A stretch of DNA of 60,149 nt, counting the filler, from Basidioascus undulatus (taxonomy: Eukaryota): the NCBI GenBank assembly GCA_000826855.1. It is 5 parts of 5 records of this genome, joined end to end, with 100 filler letters (N's around TTAATTAATTAA, not from the genome) between each part and the next. Parts side by side here need not be neighbours in the genome. Positions count along the whole stretch, not along the records: positions 1 to 11,964 come from JTLS01000965.1; positions 12,065 to 24,027 come from JTLS01000966.1; 3 more parts are not named here. The stretch is one strand, 5' to 3'. Under the pieces are notes generated by a model. It was not told where the DNA came from. It saw only the letters and a program-made list of their open reading frames with translations, and did not search any database. Below are positions 1 through 13,199 of this stretch, piece after piece. The translations under genes and the position numbers were made by a program. The number at the start of each line of letters is the position of its first letter. The stretch's first letter is position 1.

Positions 1-2305
1 TGGGGAAGGAACGAGGGCGGGTGGGCTGTGCGCGTCGTGGAGTACTTGATGAGGAGGGTGCAGTGGAGGTGGTTTAGGGACGTGTACGGCGAGGGGAAGG
101 GGACGGGGACGGGCACGCCGGACGCGACACCCGTCCCCCCCGACGCGGCCGCGCGGTACAAGCGCCCCACCCTCCCCGCCGCGCTTCCCATCCCGCCCGT
201 CCCGAGCGTCCTGCCTTTCCACACTGTGCGTTTCTCCCTCCCTTTCCCCTTCCTTCTCCCGCACAAGGAGGACACAAGACTGATTTGAAGAATGCCCGAG
301 CAGTTCACCTACCCCCTCTCCCCGCGCGACGCCCGCCTCATCTGCCACCGCAACGCGCTCCGCATCGCCCACACCGCGCTCACACAGCCCGGCCTCCCCG
401 CGCACGTCTACCCACCGCCGCCCCCGCCGAGCCCGCGCATCAACGTGGCGTATCTCAGCTCGGACGTGCGTATCATTCCGTTGCACGTGAGACAGGAAAG
501 TGGTACTGACGTTGCGAGTGGCTTGGACGAAACAGTTCGTCAACCACCCGATGGCGCACCTCACGCAGTCCCTCTTTGGCTGTGGGTCTCGCATCCCCTT
601 CCATTCATCTCTTCTTTCCCCTCCAACTGAAGGAGCGTGCACGGAGCAGTCCATGACCGCGCGCGCTTCAACATCTTCTGCTACGCGCTCTCGCCCTCGG
701 ACGGGTCGACGCACCGCGCGCAGATCGAGCGCGAGGCGGAGCACTTCGTGGACGTCTCCGCGTGCGGGTCAGTCCAGATCGCGGAGCAGATCGTGGCGGA
801 TCAGATCCATATCCGTGCGTTCTTCGAGTCGCCCGTCTACGTGCTGGATGGCTGACTGGATGTCGCGTTGCAGTTATCAACCTGAACGGATTCACGAAGG
901 GTGTGTTTGCGTTTTCTTGCTTTCGACTCCAAGGAAGGCGCAGGGCTGACACGGCTGAACGATGCCAGGCGCCCGCAACGAAGTCTTCGCCACCCGCCCG
1001 GCGCCGGTGATCATGCAGTGGATGGGCTTCGCAGGCACGATGGGCGGTTTCACAGACTACCTCATCTCGGACATCATCGCTTCCCCGCCGCACACGGTCG
1101 GCGCTGAGCGTGCGCGCCTCGCGCCCGACGCGCGGCCGACCGACTTGGACGGCGCACCTGATCCGGAGGGACCCGAGGCGGACTGGTCGTAGTGCGTCGG
1201 TTTCGTATGCTGGACTGTCACGTTTGGGGCAAGATCTGACGAGCGGATGATGGATGATACAGTACCGAGAAGATGCTTTACCTCCCGCATACGTACTTCA
1301 TCAACGACCACCGGCAGGGGTACCGCCAGGCCGTGGGTGATCCGGCCGATCGCGGGCTGAGCGCGGACCAGCTCCTCCAAATCGAGGAGGGCCGGAGGAG
1401 ATCCATGCGCAGGGAGATCTTCCCGGGCTTGCCGGAGTGCGTTCATCTCATCATCCCTTTCCGTAGCCCTGTTTGCTGACGCAGCGCGTGCGTCCGTGCA
1501 GCGACACGTTCATTTTCGCTAATTTCAATCAGTTATACAAAGTAGACCCTGTGCGTCGCAACTTGTACATGCACCAGCAGTCCAGCACATGCTGACGCAT
1601 GCCGGAAACATCCGGAAACGCAGTCCGTCTTCGCCCTCTGGCTCCGGATCCTCGCGGAGGTGCCCAACTCGATCCTTTGGCTCTTGCGCTTCCCCGCAGC
1701 GGGCGAGGAACACCTCCTCCGCTTTGCGCGTGAGTGGGGGGGAGAGTCCGTCGCCTCGCGCTTGCGCTTTACCGACGTCGCGAAGAAGGAGGCGCACATC
1801 GCGCGCGCGAGGGCGGCAGACTTGGTCCTCGATACAATGGAGGTGAGCTTACCCAGCGATGTTGATCGAAAGTCCTTCCGTATGACTCGAATTGGCTGAC
1901 TTTATATCTGCTACGTGGCAGTGCAACGCGCACACGATCGCCTGCGACATCCTCTGGGGTGCCACGCCCTTCCTGACCTACCCGGGCAAGCACCCCCTCC
2001 GAATGTGCTCGCGCGTCGGTGCGTCCATCGCGCACGCGACGGGCTTTGGCCCCGCGATGGTCGTCGACTCGGAGGAGGCGTACGTCGCGCGCGCCGTGCA
2101 CCTCGCAACGATGGGCCGCGGCGAGCTCGTGCGCCTGCGCCGGAACCTGTGGGAGACGCGCGAGACGAGCGCGTTGTTCGATACGCCCCGGCTTGTGCGC
2201 AATCTGGAGCGCGGGTTCGAGGAGGCGTGGAGGCGCTGGGAGGAGGGCGCGGAGGTCGGGTCGATCTACGTAAGGGAGGAGGAAGTGACCAGGAGAGGAC
2301 GATGA
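1..2305 (+). CDS. OGT: O-GlcNAc transferase (GT41, OGT/SEC-type), catalytic C-terminal part; multi-exon, 5' (TPR region) truncated at contig start
   Basis: Spliced exons give [92 protein letters not shown] and ADLVLDTMECNAHTIACD. These match the conserved OGT catalytic-lobe motifs. Stop TGA at 2303-2305. Confidence 0.93.
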
Positions 2306-4027
2306 GGGTAAGGGAGGTGCCGTGCCCAGCTCACCATGCCGCGCTCGACAAGCGCGCGCATTTGTCATAGTTAGTCGTGTTGTTCTGAAGGCGCGGGTTT
2401 TTGTACGATTTCTGTCCTTCATGTTGTATCCTAGTTGACCTCGCATTGTACCCGCCTTGCTGATTTGATGATGGCGCCCAAAGGGTGCAACAAGTTCGTC
2501 TGCCAGCTTACGGCGCCGTTGCTGGACGTTATGAGGACCCCACCGTTCGGGACAGAAAGAGTGGGTTCGACTTTAGAGCCAGGTTCACAGAGATTAGCAG
2601 TTATGCCCTCGCTGCATTGCTCTTGGTGGCTCTTTCCGACACGGACCAGTTGGGGACTAGTGCGTCCATGTGTCTGAGTAGGCAGAGAGCGCAGCTTTTT
2701 CGTCAATATCGTCATCGGGACACCTAGTGTGAGTCAAGTAATTGGTGCTTAACCATTTCCAATCCCTGCTTGTCGTCACCCGTCTTGCTGCTTTAAACCC
2801 ATCTAAGCTCGCCGCATAGATGATGCCAGTACCTCGACTTCAAACTCCATCTCCAATGTGCATCCGCAGGAGGCACTGGACTGATATCTGCTCAGCACCC
2901 CCCCCTCAGACTATATACCCCCAACCGTACCTTCCCATCCTCTATGGCAACTACTCGATCCACGCGCCACGCCATGAGGAGCCGATCTGGTCTCAGTCAT
3001 TTGAGGAGCTCTACTAGCTTTGGGGCGATTGGGAGCCACTTCTGGCCCTACATCGGGAGGATATGGCGGACTATGGGGAGCTGTCGCAGGAGGCGGACTG
3101 GTGCGCGGCTCGGCGGTGTATCAGTGCCTGATGCTCCCCGAGATATCGGACGAGCTGGAGTATTTCGGGAAATTTATAGTGAAGAGAGATACCGAGTGCG
3201 CCCTTAATGCAGAATTGCGACGGACGCAGTACGCCATGACTGAATGGGACTGGGTTGGCTCGTCTTTCCAGCGCTTTATTGGGCTCGTCGGGCGTACCTC
3301 AAATCTGTGAAAAAGAGGGGTGGGGCTACAAGCGAGGAAGACATGCTGAGGAGGCTCAAATACTTCGACAAAGACTACTTGAGCTCCTTGGCGGAGAGGA
3401 ACAAAGAAGATGCAAAACGGGGTGTGTCTTCCTGGTTTCGCATGCCTCATGTCCTCTGGCTTTGTCGCTCTTTCAGGAATTCGTGTTCGCCGCCCAAAGC
3501 AAGAATCGGCGTCGGTTTCAACCACCCAGCAGCAGCGCACGCTCCCTTCCTCTCCCTCCACGTCTCCCCCTTCACCCGCGCTTTCGAGCTCTTTCCCTGA
3601 AAGCTTTTCATTCCAGCACCCAATCCCTAGATTCTACGTCAATTTCTTCACAGGCGTAAGCCTAAGCGAGGTGAACAGTCTCGAGAAGAGGCCGTCGACG
3701 AAGGGGAGGAGTTGGACTGCCGGCCTACTTGCATGAATCGTTTGGCAAACCACAACATCCCTGTCTGTGTACCGTTTATGTTTGTAAAATACATTAAATT
3801 CGGTCCCTAATTACTGCACAGAACCATCACAGGCCTAATGTGTCTCACAGAATATGTAGAATTAGCCTTAGGGCACTCTCCGTGCGGAATTTGCTGACCT
3901 ATGCAGCAATCTCAAACCGATCGAGCGGCTATGGTTTGTTCAGAAAATGCATAGCGTGTCTGTTCCGAATCAGGGCGCCGTTTCAATTGACCCGACTATC
4001 AAGCGATTCAAGCTGGCGATACGTCGC

Positions 4028-6185
4028 TTAGTGGGTCTCAGAGCGACGCGCCCGGCGGCGACGGCCCGTGGGGCAAGTCGAGGCAGAGTCCGACTCCGAA
4101 GGGGTGTCGGAAGACGCGGTCGAAGAGGCAGTAGTCAAGTCCGACTTGGGCTCCTCCTCGGTCGGGGTGTTGTCCTCGTCTTGGAAGTCGCTCTCGGGGA
4201 ACGAGGTCGCGTCGTCCGACTCCGACAGGGCCTCCTACAAGAGGGGCAGTATTTAGAAGTCGAAACCTAACTGGGTACAAGTTTGAAGATGGACCTCGAT
4301 GTCGCCGCTGTAGTACTGCGTGGAAAGCTCGACAGCGGAGTAGGACCTGAATATGGCAGAGTAGAATGTTAATGCTGGACCATCTGTTCTGGTTGCAGTT
4401 TCTCTTACGTGTTGAGGCCCACAGCAATGTAGCCGATCAAGCCGTCCGTGATGTCGGCGCTGGGGTTCACAGTCAGCCCATTGCGATTCCGCGAGAAAGG
4501 TGGCAGTCCGTCTCTTACCCAACCCAAGTGATGTCCATGTCGGCGTTATAGCCCTCCGCAGCCTGGTAGGGGTACCACTGGTCCTCCCCGTTGCTAACGT
4601 GGTCGCTCCAGTCGATGGCGTTCTCGGTGTACGGGTAGGTGGCTGCGACGGCCTCGAGCGTGTCGTTGTCGAAGAAGAACTTAATGGGCAGAAGTCAGGA
4701 TGATCGTCAAAGGGAATATGCAGAGCCAAGGTGGATCAAAGTATGTACCTGGCCGACGTGCACGGCACTGCCGGTAGCGACGAAAGTGCCGTTGGACGCG
4801 ATGTACCCATCGGGGTAGACTGTAGACGGCTCAAGTCAGTTGAAGCTGACGTGCGAACGCCCGACGCACCCTTGATGTGGTAGTGCTGAGCACGGCCCGA
4901 GTCTGCACGCCGGTCTATTATCAACACTAATACGTGATAAACTGTAGCGCGCAAATGGACTTACACCATCCAGGGACAATTGAAGCAACCGATGCGTGCC
5001 CCTCCTCGTCGGTGTGCCAGACACCGCGCAAGAAAGACTCCTTGTCGGTGGTCTCGACGTTAAGCGCAAGTGCGGCGCTCGAAGAGTCCGCTCCGCTGTA
5101 GTAAGTGTAGTTCGTGCTGCCGCCGTCGGAACCTGAGGGCCGCGAGCCTCCGGAGCCGCCGGAGGGCTGTGTCCAAATGTCAGCACAACGCGGCCAACTG
5201 TGTGAAAATGGGTACGTGCGTAGTACTACGCACAGGGCGAGAATCACCATCCGTGGAGTTACCACCCGTCGTCGAGTTGCCCAGGTTACCATCGGGGCCG
5301 TCCATGGTCGAGTTTCCCCCAAAGCCGTCGCCACCAGACGAGTCACCCCCGGAGAGAGCAGAACCGGTCTTGGAGACGTAGCCGGAGTAGAAACCCGTAG
5401 CCTACATTCAAAGTGTGGCAAAATGTCAGCTTACGACATACTTGAGAAAAGCTGCTTTGCTTACGTTGGCGTGCCAGCTGTCGATGAAAGCCGAGACGGG
5501 CTCTGTTCCGAAGGATCAATCCCGACGATCTCGCAGCTTTCCAAAGGATGGACGTACATACCGCAGGTCTCAACGTCGATCAGATCAATCTCGACTTGAA
5601 GCGGAACACCGGCTATTCCAACAGAGTCATCCACGGTATCGCTCTGGCATGGGTGCAGAAAGCAGACTCACCCTGTCCAGCGGTGATGTTTTGCCTGTAA
5701 AGCTCTCCAAGGATATGATACGGGCCCTGCCAGAGAGGCTGTCAGCGTGGAAGTCCATGGGTGTAGGTGTTGGGTGGCTTACTTGGGTGACCTCCGGCGT
5801 GAGAGAGCAGCTGTTGCGCAACCGACTGTCACTACTCCTCCATTGTTACTAGGCTTGAACGTCTCACGAAGAGTTTCCCTCAGTCCCGCTATAATGGGTG
5901 GCAAGGCTACGACGCGCTAAGTTGTGGCGGACATCGCGCTTCGCCCGGCGAGCTTCGAGCTGGGGTGCACAGCGGCGGTGAAGCGAACGAGCGGAGTGAA
6001 GGTTCTCAGAGCGGTACGCGAGCAGAGCGTCTCCCTTCGGCGCGTCCGACGCTGAATGGGCTGTGGTTAAACGAATGTTAAATGTAGTGTTGTAACAACC
6101 ACGGCAAGAGGCCAATGTCCTAGATGGACTTACTGGAGACGAGGGAGGCGGCTAGGAGCAGGAGTGCATACGAAGCGATGACCAT
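4028..6185 (-). CDS. Secreted intradiol ring-cleavage dioxygenase-like protein (multi-exon)
   Basis: Signal peptide MVIASYALLLLAASLVS. Motifs CSLTPEVTQGPY, IDSWHANATGFYSG, FLRGVWHTD, IVPGWYSGRAQHYHIK and GQFFFD; the Tyr/Tyr/His/His iron ligands are present. Acidic Ser/Thr tail ends RRSETH*. Confidence 0.88.
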
Positions 6186-7592
6186 TCTCGACGGTCCGGT
6201 TGAAAAGGAAGGGTGATGTTGAGGAGCAAAATCCGGGACAGCTTGAACCTCTTTATATACGTTGAAGGAGGCGGTGCATCTCGATCTTCAACACGGTGAC
6301 CAGTTAACGAAGCTCCATCACCTGCTGCGTACGCAGTCCCCGCTCTGCACAAAGAACAGGCAAGGCATCATCGAAGACGGTCAGTATGGGGAGGATCATT
6401 AGACGAGATGAGGGGCCGGATCGGCGCAGCAAGCGGATGTTGGTTCTTTGCCGCCAATTGCCGCCGGCCGCTCTGTCGAGGCTGGGGGCTGAAAGCAAGG
6501 CTGCGAGAATCAGACCCGTGGAGCTGCACCTCTCTGAATGTTGGGATACGATACTCTAATGGAGCCGTTTAAGGGTCCAAATTAAACGACACAGGACATG
6601 TCTTGTTTTACTGATCGCACTCAGAAGCAGAAGCAGTTTCTCGTCGTCTGGGCGTGGTGTTGTTCTGAAGCTTGACCATTGCTTGCGCTCCGACTCGTTC
6701 AAGCAAGCATCAATGTTGCGACGCAATCACCGGAAACGATACAGTAGTACCTGGATCAATTTGGCGTTGTCCTCAATGTGCCTGACGCTAATGCGCGGTG
6801 CTGCGATTGCACCGCTGTGCTCCGACGAGCTGCGGAACGCGACCACCGCGCAACATTTCACGGCTGCGGCTGCGCCTCAACATGTCGACTTGTCGCATAT
6901 CGACATGCATCGGCATGTACAAAGAATAAGCCAACCGGAGAAATACCTTTCCGTCCAGCTCTGCCTCTTGCAGTAATTTGGAACCAATGGGGTGTGCCTT
7001 CTTTGTTGACCCGTGGGTGAAGGTTGCGAATGGCCTGCTTATGCTAGTTTGCAGTCTTCCGGGGCTCTAGGAGATCGGGGAATACATATTAATTCTATGA
7101 AAGGAAAACTTACAAAATACGTGAAAGATAAGACATGAAGGCGCAGTTGCCTCCCTGCGATTCTTCAAAGTTGACGCAGCAGAACGTCCTCCTAAGATGG
7201 CGGTCCGCAGTTCCTCCTCTGTTGGAGCATGCATGGCAGAACAAAGGCTGGAAGCTCACGAAGATATTAAAATAGCTTTATTGGCACTAACTTAAAACAG
7301 GTACTTCCTGAGTGAGGAGCGACTGCCAATAGTCCCATGGGCACCCGTTGCGGCGAGCGCCGCGGACTGATATCTCCTGTTTGATGTCGTGTGGACATTG
7401 TCTGTCGACTGCAAGCACGCCCTGGACAACAAACTATCTAGGGTATGCGGTCATGCTTATTCTCCTTAGATAAATCAACACCGGGGTCCACCCAGCAGCG
7501 CAGCTGCCAACAACAGAAAGGAAGTACAACGGGCCCAGCCGTAGCTCCCAAATTTGGAAGACTGAATGAAGAAAACAAGGAACGTCGAATAA

Positions 7593-9015
7593 TCACGCCC
7601 AGCGGACAAAGTGCCTCGAGAGGGTAGCGGAGGAGGCGGGAACGGTAGCGGTGATGGTAACGGTGACCGTGACGGTCGCGGTGGGCGCTTCCGGGAGGGA
7701 GGAAGCGGTCCTGGTCGGGACGCTGGTGGGCGAAGTCGGGGTAGCGTGTGTAGCGGAGGACGCGGTAGAGCGGGTCGTGGGAGAAGCCGAGGTGGAGAGG
7801 GTGGTGGAGGAGGCCGATGCGGAGGGCACGACGGAGCTGGACGATGCGTCGTTCCCGTCCGCGCCACCCTCGTCGGGGCTGTCGGCGTAAAGCGCCGCGG
7901 GGCCGGGCATGGCGTACGTGCTCCACTTCTGTGTCTTGATGTGCTCGGGGACGTTCCACAGGTCGACGTACACGCCCGCCTTTGACACGTCAGAGAGGTA
8001 GACCTTCGTCATGTCCACGCGCTCGAGGGAGGAGAAGGCGGTCGTGCCGCTGGACTTGACGTTGAATTGGGCGCACTGGAGAAAATTAAAGGAGCACATT
8101 AGGGGGTTCGCATGGGTTGTGGGGGATGAGTGCGGAAATGTGAGGGAACAGAGGACGCACTTGAGGGTAGAACTCAGGGTTGTTGGCCCGGTGAACAGCG
8201 AGGATGGTGAACTGGAAGAGGTACTGGCCGGAAGCGAGGCTCTCGGGCACGGGGAAGCTATCGTGCACGTCAGAGCGTGAGTTTCACACAGCGAGGTCTG
8301 TCAAGCTCAAGAAGGCGGAATGGAAGACGCACGAGAAGGCCCCGTTCTGGAGCTCGGTGTCGACGAACTGGCCGTCCGCGCCGAGACCTATGTCGAAGAT
8401 CTTGGCCCAGGAGTCGCCCTTCGGGACGAAAGTCGTGCAGTTACCTTGACAGTCGGCAGCATCTGAAAACAGCAGAGCGTCAGCAGGCGGCGCAGTGACC
8501 CTTGCCAGCGGCGTTGGAAAGCGACGGACACATCATGATCGGGCCGTCCTGTGTTGTAAGAGATATGACTATAAGCAGGGATTTTAGAAGAACAGGAGGA
8601 GTAGAGAAAACACACATGGTCTTTGGGCCACGCGTATTGGCCGATGGCTGGACCCCACTGCACGGTGATGTTCGACCCGGCCGTCACGTCCGCGACCAGC
8701 GCGGCGGGGGTGTTGTTGTTGCCGAGGCCACAGTTCATGTCCGGGCTAGACAGGTCCGTAACTGTGCGCACCTCCTCAAGCTCAGTGGGGTCCAGCACCA
8801 CCGGGAGGATTAAAGAACGCACCAGCGGTAGTCGTCTCCTTCTTCCGCACGATCTTGCTGACACCAGACTTCGCCGAGTCGTGCCACCCGTCATACCCTT
8901 CATACGACACCCCGTCCGCCTCGATACGGGTAATCATGCCGTGGGCGCTTGCGAGCTGCAGCGTGAGAGCCGAAGAGGCGACCAGCGCCAGGAGCGAGCG
9001 ACGGAGGGAGGGCAT
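7593..9015 (-). CDS. AA9 (GH61) lytic polysaccharide monooxygenase with Ser/Thr-rich C-terminal extension
   Basis: Signal peptide ends LASA, followed by His1 (HGMITRIEADG). Further motifs VTDLSSPDMNCG, WPKDH-DGPIMMY, WAKI, GQYL, AVH...EFYPQCAQ and MPGP. Several GT-AG introns. Confidence 0.88.
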
Positions 9016-9930
9016 TGTAGAATTTAGTGAGCGTGGATGCGTGCGTCTGGCGCTCGCGTTTGAGAAACCGAAAGTGGATGAAGAATTTGGGTGGTAGTGG
9101 CGAAAAGGAAAGGAAGAAAGGTGGAAGCCCGAGACGTTGAGGAGGTGAAAGGAGAACGAAGAAAGTGAGGGGCCGAAGGCACAAAGTGCGGCAAACGGAG
9201 CAAGGCGTTACGCACCTCCTTTGTCGGATAGCGCGCTCCCGTCGGTCTCTCCGGCAAGTAGATTCTAAATTCGAGTACAATGACGCAGATTGTCTGAGTA
9301 TCGATGCCCATAAAGTGGTTAGCGGACAGGCTAACCAGCTGCAGGACAGGAGGAAGGGATAGATGCTCAGCCAACCGTCAAGCACAAACTGCGTCACGCG
9401 GTTTCTTTCCGCTGCTCTCTCGCATTCCTTCTTCAGCAAGTCTGCGTTAAATCTGGTTTGTTGTGCCATTTCAGCTGTGCACTACTGTTTGCAAAAAGTG
9501 AAGTGCTTCGTCAGCACTACGCTTGCTCGGTACTCCCCGCGGAGTCGTGTTCAACCAGCCCAAACGAGAAAACCGCGCTCGCGCAGTGCATTCCAAACTC
9601 GTGTTACAACAGTAGGCAAAGAAATAAGAAAACCGTGAACGTCGTCAAAAGGAGGCATCAACCCGAAATGTGCGAGGGAGAAAAGAAGGGGAATACGCTT
9701 TGGGCGCTCTAAGCACCTGGGGCGACGTGGAAAGTGCGAGACGTGTAGGCCTGCACATGACGGGAACGAAGATGCGATGCGGGTGACTAAGTCCGAGGAC
9801 GGTGAGGACGGTGGGGAGTCCGATAAGGATGCGGGTAGTATGCGGAGACCAGAAAGGGAGGGAGACAAAGGAGTGAAGGAAAAGAGAAGGACCGGGAAGG
9901 AAAGGGGAAAGGTGAAGCGAGAAAGCAGCG

Positions 9931-11964
9931 CTACATGACCGAGCAGCCGCTCGTGTCGTTGATCCCCATCTCCTCGAGCGCCTCGCGAGAGGCTTCCTCG
10001 TCGTTCGCCTTTGCTTTCGCCTTGACCTCGCGCGGGAACCATAGCTCGAGGAAGGAGATCATCGCGTGGTCGACGTTGCCTGGTGCACGCAGGATCAGTC
10101 ATCACGTCAAAGTAGAGCGACGGAGAGGGAGGGAAAGGCAGGGGGGGGAAGAAAGGGGCAGGAGGAAAGAATGCACTCCGATCGGCCTGCAAAACGACCG
10201 GTGCGCGACAGAGCGGACACTCGTTCTGCCCGCGCTTCTGCATCTTGACGAGGCAGCGCACGCAAAAGACGTGCTTGCAGCTATCCCACCGCAGTCCACA
10301 TTAGCATCTCACCCTTCAACTCCAACGCCAAGGAAACAAGTCGCACTTGATCCGGATCGGCTGTGCGGGAACGCGCGTAAGTGATACGGGGAAGGAGAAA
10401 GACGACCGGGGCAGGGGTGGAGGGGAACATAACAGGAGGGAAGTGGTGGTGGGGGGGAACGGACCTTGAAAGCAATCTCCTGGCAGATCATGCACTGGTA
10501 GTCGTCGATGCTCGGGATGACGGGGAGGAGCGTCTCGGTCAGGCGCGCGAGGAGGACGTGCGGGAGGGAGGTGGTGTAGAACGTCCAGCTGCCGAGCCCA
10601 ACAGTATCGCCTCTCAGTCAGAAACCATCATTTCGTACAGCAAAAGGGGTGGGGAGGAGAGGAGAGGAGTGGGGAAGGAGAGGGGAGGACGGAGGAGAGG
10701 GAGACCCACCTCTTCACGCCGCTCCCGACGCCTGCGGACCCGGCTGTGGCGCCCTCCAGCCGGCGCACGAACTGCGGGAATCCGGCGGATGCAGTGAGGG
10801 CTGTGCGCTTGTCGCTGAGTGATCCAGATAAATCTCAGCATCGCGAAGCAGCGGGCGAAACAGGACGAAAAGGAGGCGCACTGCTTCTTCAAGATCTTCC
10901 TCGCCCTGTCCCCGCCCCACCTCGTCAGTCTCCCATCAAAAATGAAGAGAACGAGCGCACGCACGCCTCCACATTAGCTGTCTGGAACTTCTTCAGATCC
11001 AGCAACACAACATTCAGTTCCAAGAACGCCTCGAGCGCCTTCCTGCTCATTGGGTTCTTGAGCGTCCTCCGATCTCCCAGCCCGCGCTTGACCACCTCCG
11101 CCGCGAACGCCGCCAGCCTCGTCTCCGCCGCGTCGACGGAGCGTTCCCCGCGCGCGCGCTCTGTCGCGCTCTCGTAGATCTGGCTCTCGATCCAGAGCGT
11201 GAAGATCTCGCGCCAGGCGTAGAGGTCCGACATGCGCTGCTTGCCACTCCCGCCGGGGGACACCAGGCGGGCGGCGAGCGGCCCCCCGTGGGACGAGGGA
11301 GTGGGGTGCGCGACTTGCGTGATCTGCGCGCAGAGGGACTCGACGCGCTCGGCGAACTGCTGCTTTTGGAGGGCTTGGAGGGACTCGAGAGTGTCGAACG
11401 CGGCTGTGAGGACGGAGAAGAACTTCGCGTCGGACTCGAGCTCGATCAGGACTTCGCGCGTCGGTTGGGGGGCGTCGCTGTTTCGAAGCAAGGGAGCGTA
11501 TGAGCACGAGCTCAACGAAGACAGGAGTGCGGGGAAGGAAGGAAGCACGACTCACGCGTCTGCCGCTGCGGCGGCTGCGACACCCGCGCTGACCACCTCC
11601 TCCATCGCCGGCTCCGCATCCGGCTCGAGCGCGAGCTCGGGCGGCGCCTCGTGCTGCTCGGCCTTGAGCGCCTCGGTCGGCGTAGCCGGAAGCACCGCGA
11701 CCTGGGGCACTTCCAATCCGTTCGGTGGCTCTCCCTCGCGCTGCTCCCCCACCGCCTCCGCCTCCTCTTCCACATCTAGCGACCCCAGCCCCTCCCCCCC
11801 GCGCTGCAGCGTCCACAGCGCGCTGCGGTTCTTCCTTGCCCCGGCAGGGGCGGGGGACGGCGCGCCGTCGGGGTCATCCGACTCTGCTTCGGCGTCGGAG
11901 GGCACGGAGGTGGTGGGGAGGGCGGAGGAGGTGCTGTGCGGGGAGGAGGAGGAGCGGGAGGAGG
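9931..11964 (-). CDS. C3HC4 RING E3 ligase (fungal SPX-RING / RING-14 type), 5' truncated at linker
   Basis: SDLYAWREIF and LKKFQTANVEA-ARKILKK (SPX C-terminal-like). RING reads IPSIDDYQCMICQEIAFKPIRIKCKHVFCVRCLVKMQKRGQNECPLCR. Ends GCSVM* (stop 9931-9933). Confidence 0.82.
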
Positions 11965-12064
11965 NNNNNNNNNNNNNNNNNNNNNNNNNNNNNNNNNNNN
12001 NNNNNNNNTTAATTAATTAANNNNNNNNNNNNNNNNNNNNNNNNNNNNNNNNNNNNNNNNNNNN
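11965..12064. other. Artificial contig linker (N44-TTAATTAATTAA-N44)
   Basis: 100-bp N run with a central six-frame-stop palindrome; genes on both sides are truncated and unrelated. Confidence 0.97.

Positions 12065-13199
<1,135 letters not shown>

Noticed and set aside
12009..12020. TTAATTAATTAA palindrome repeated four times at about 12-kb spacing (could look like a TTAA target site or a periodic element)
   Set aside because: It is always centred in a 100-bp N run, so it is a synthetic six-frame-stop linker.
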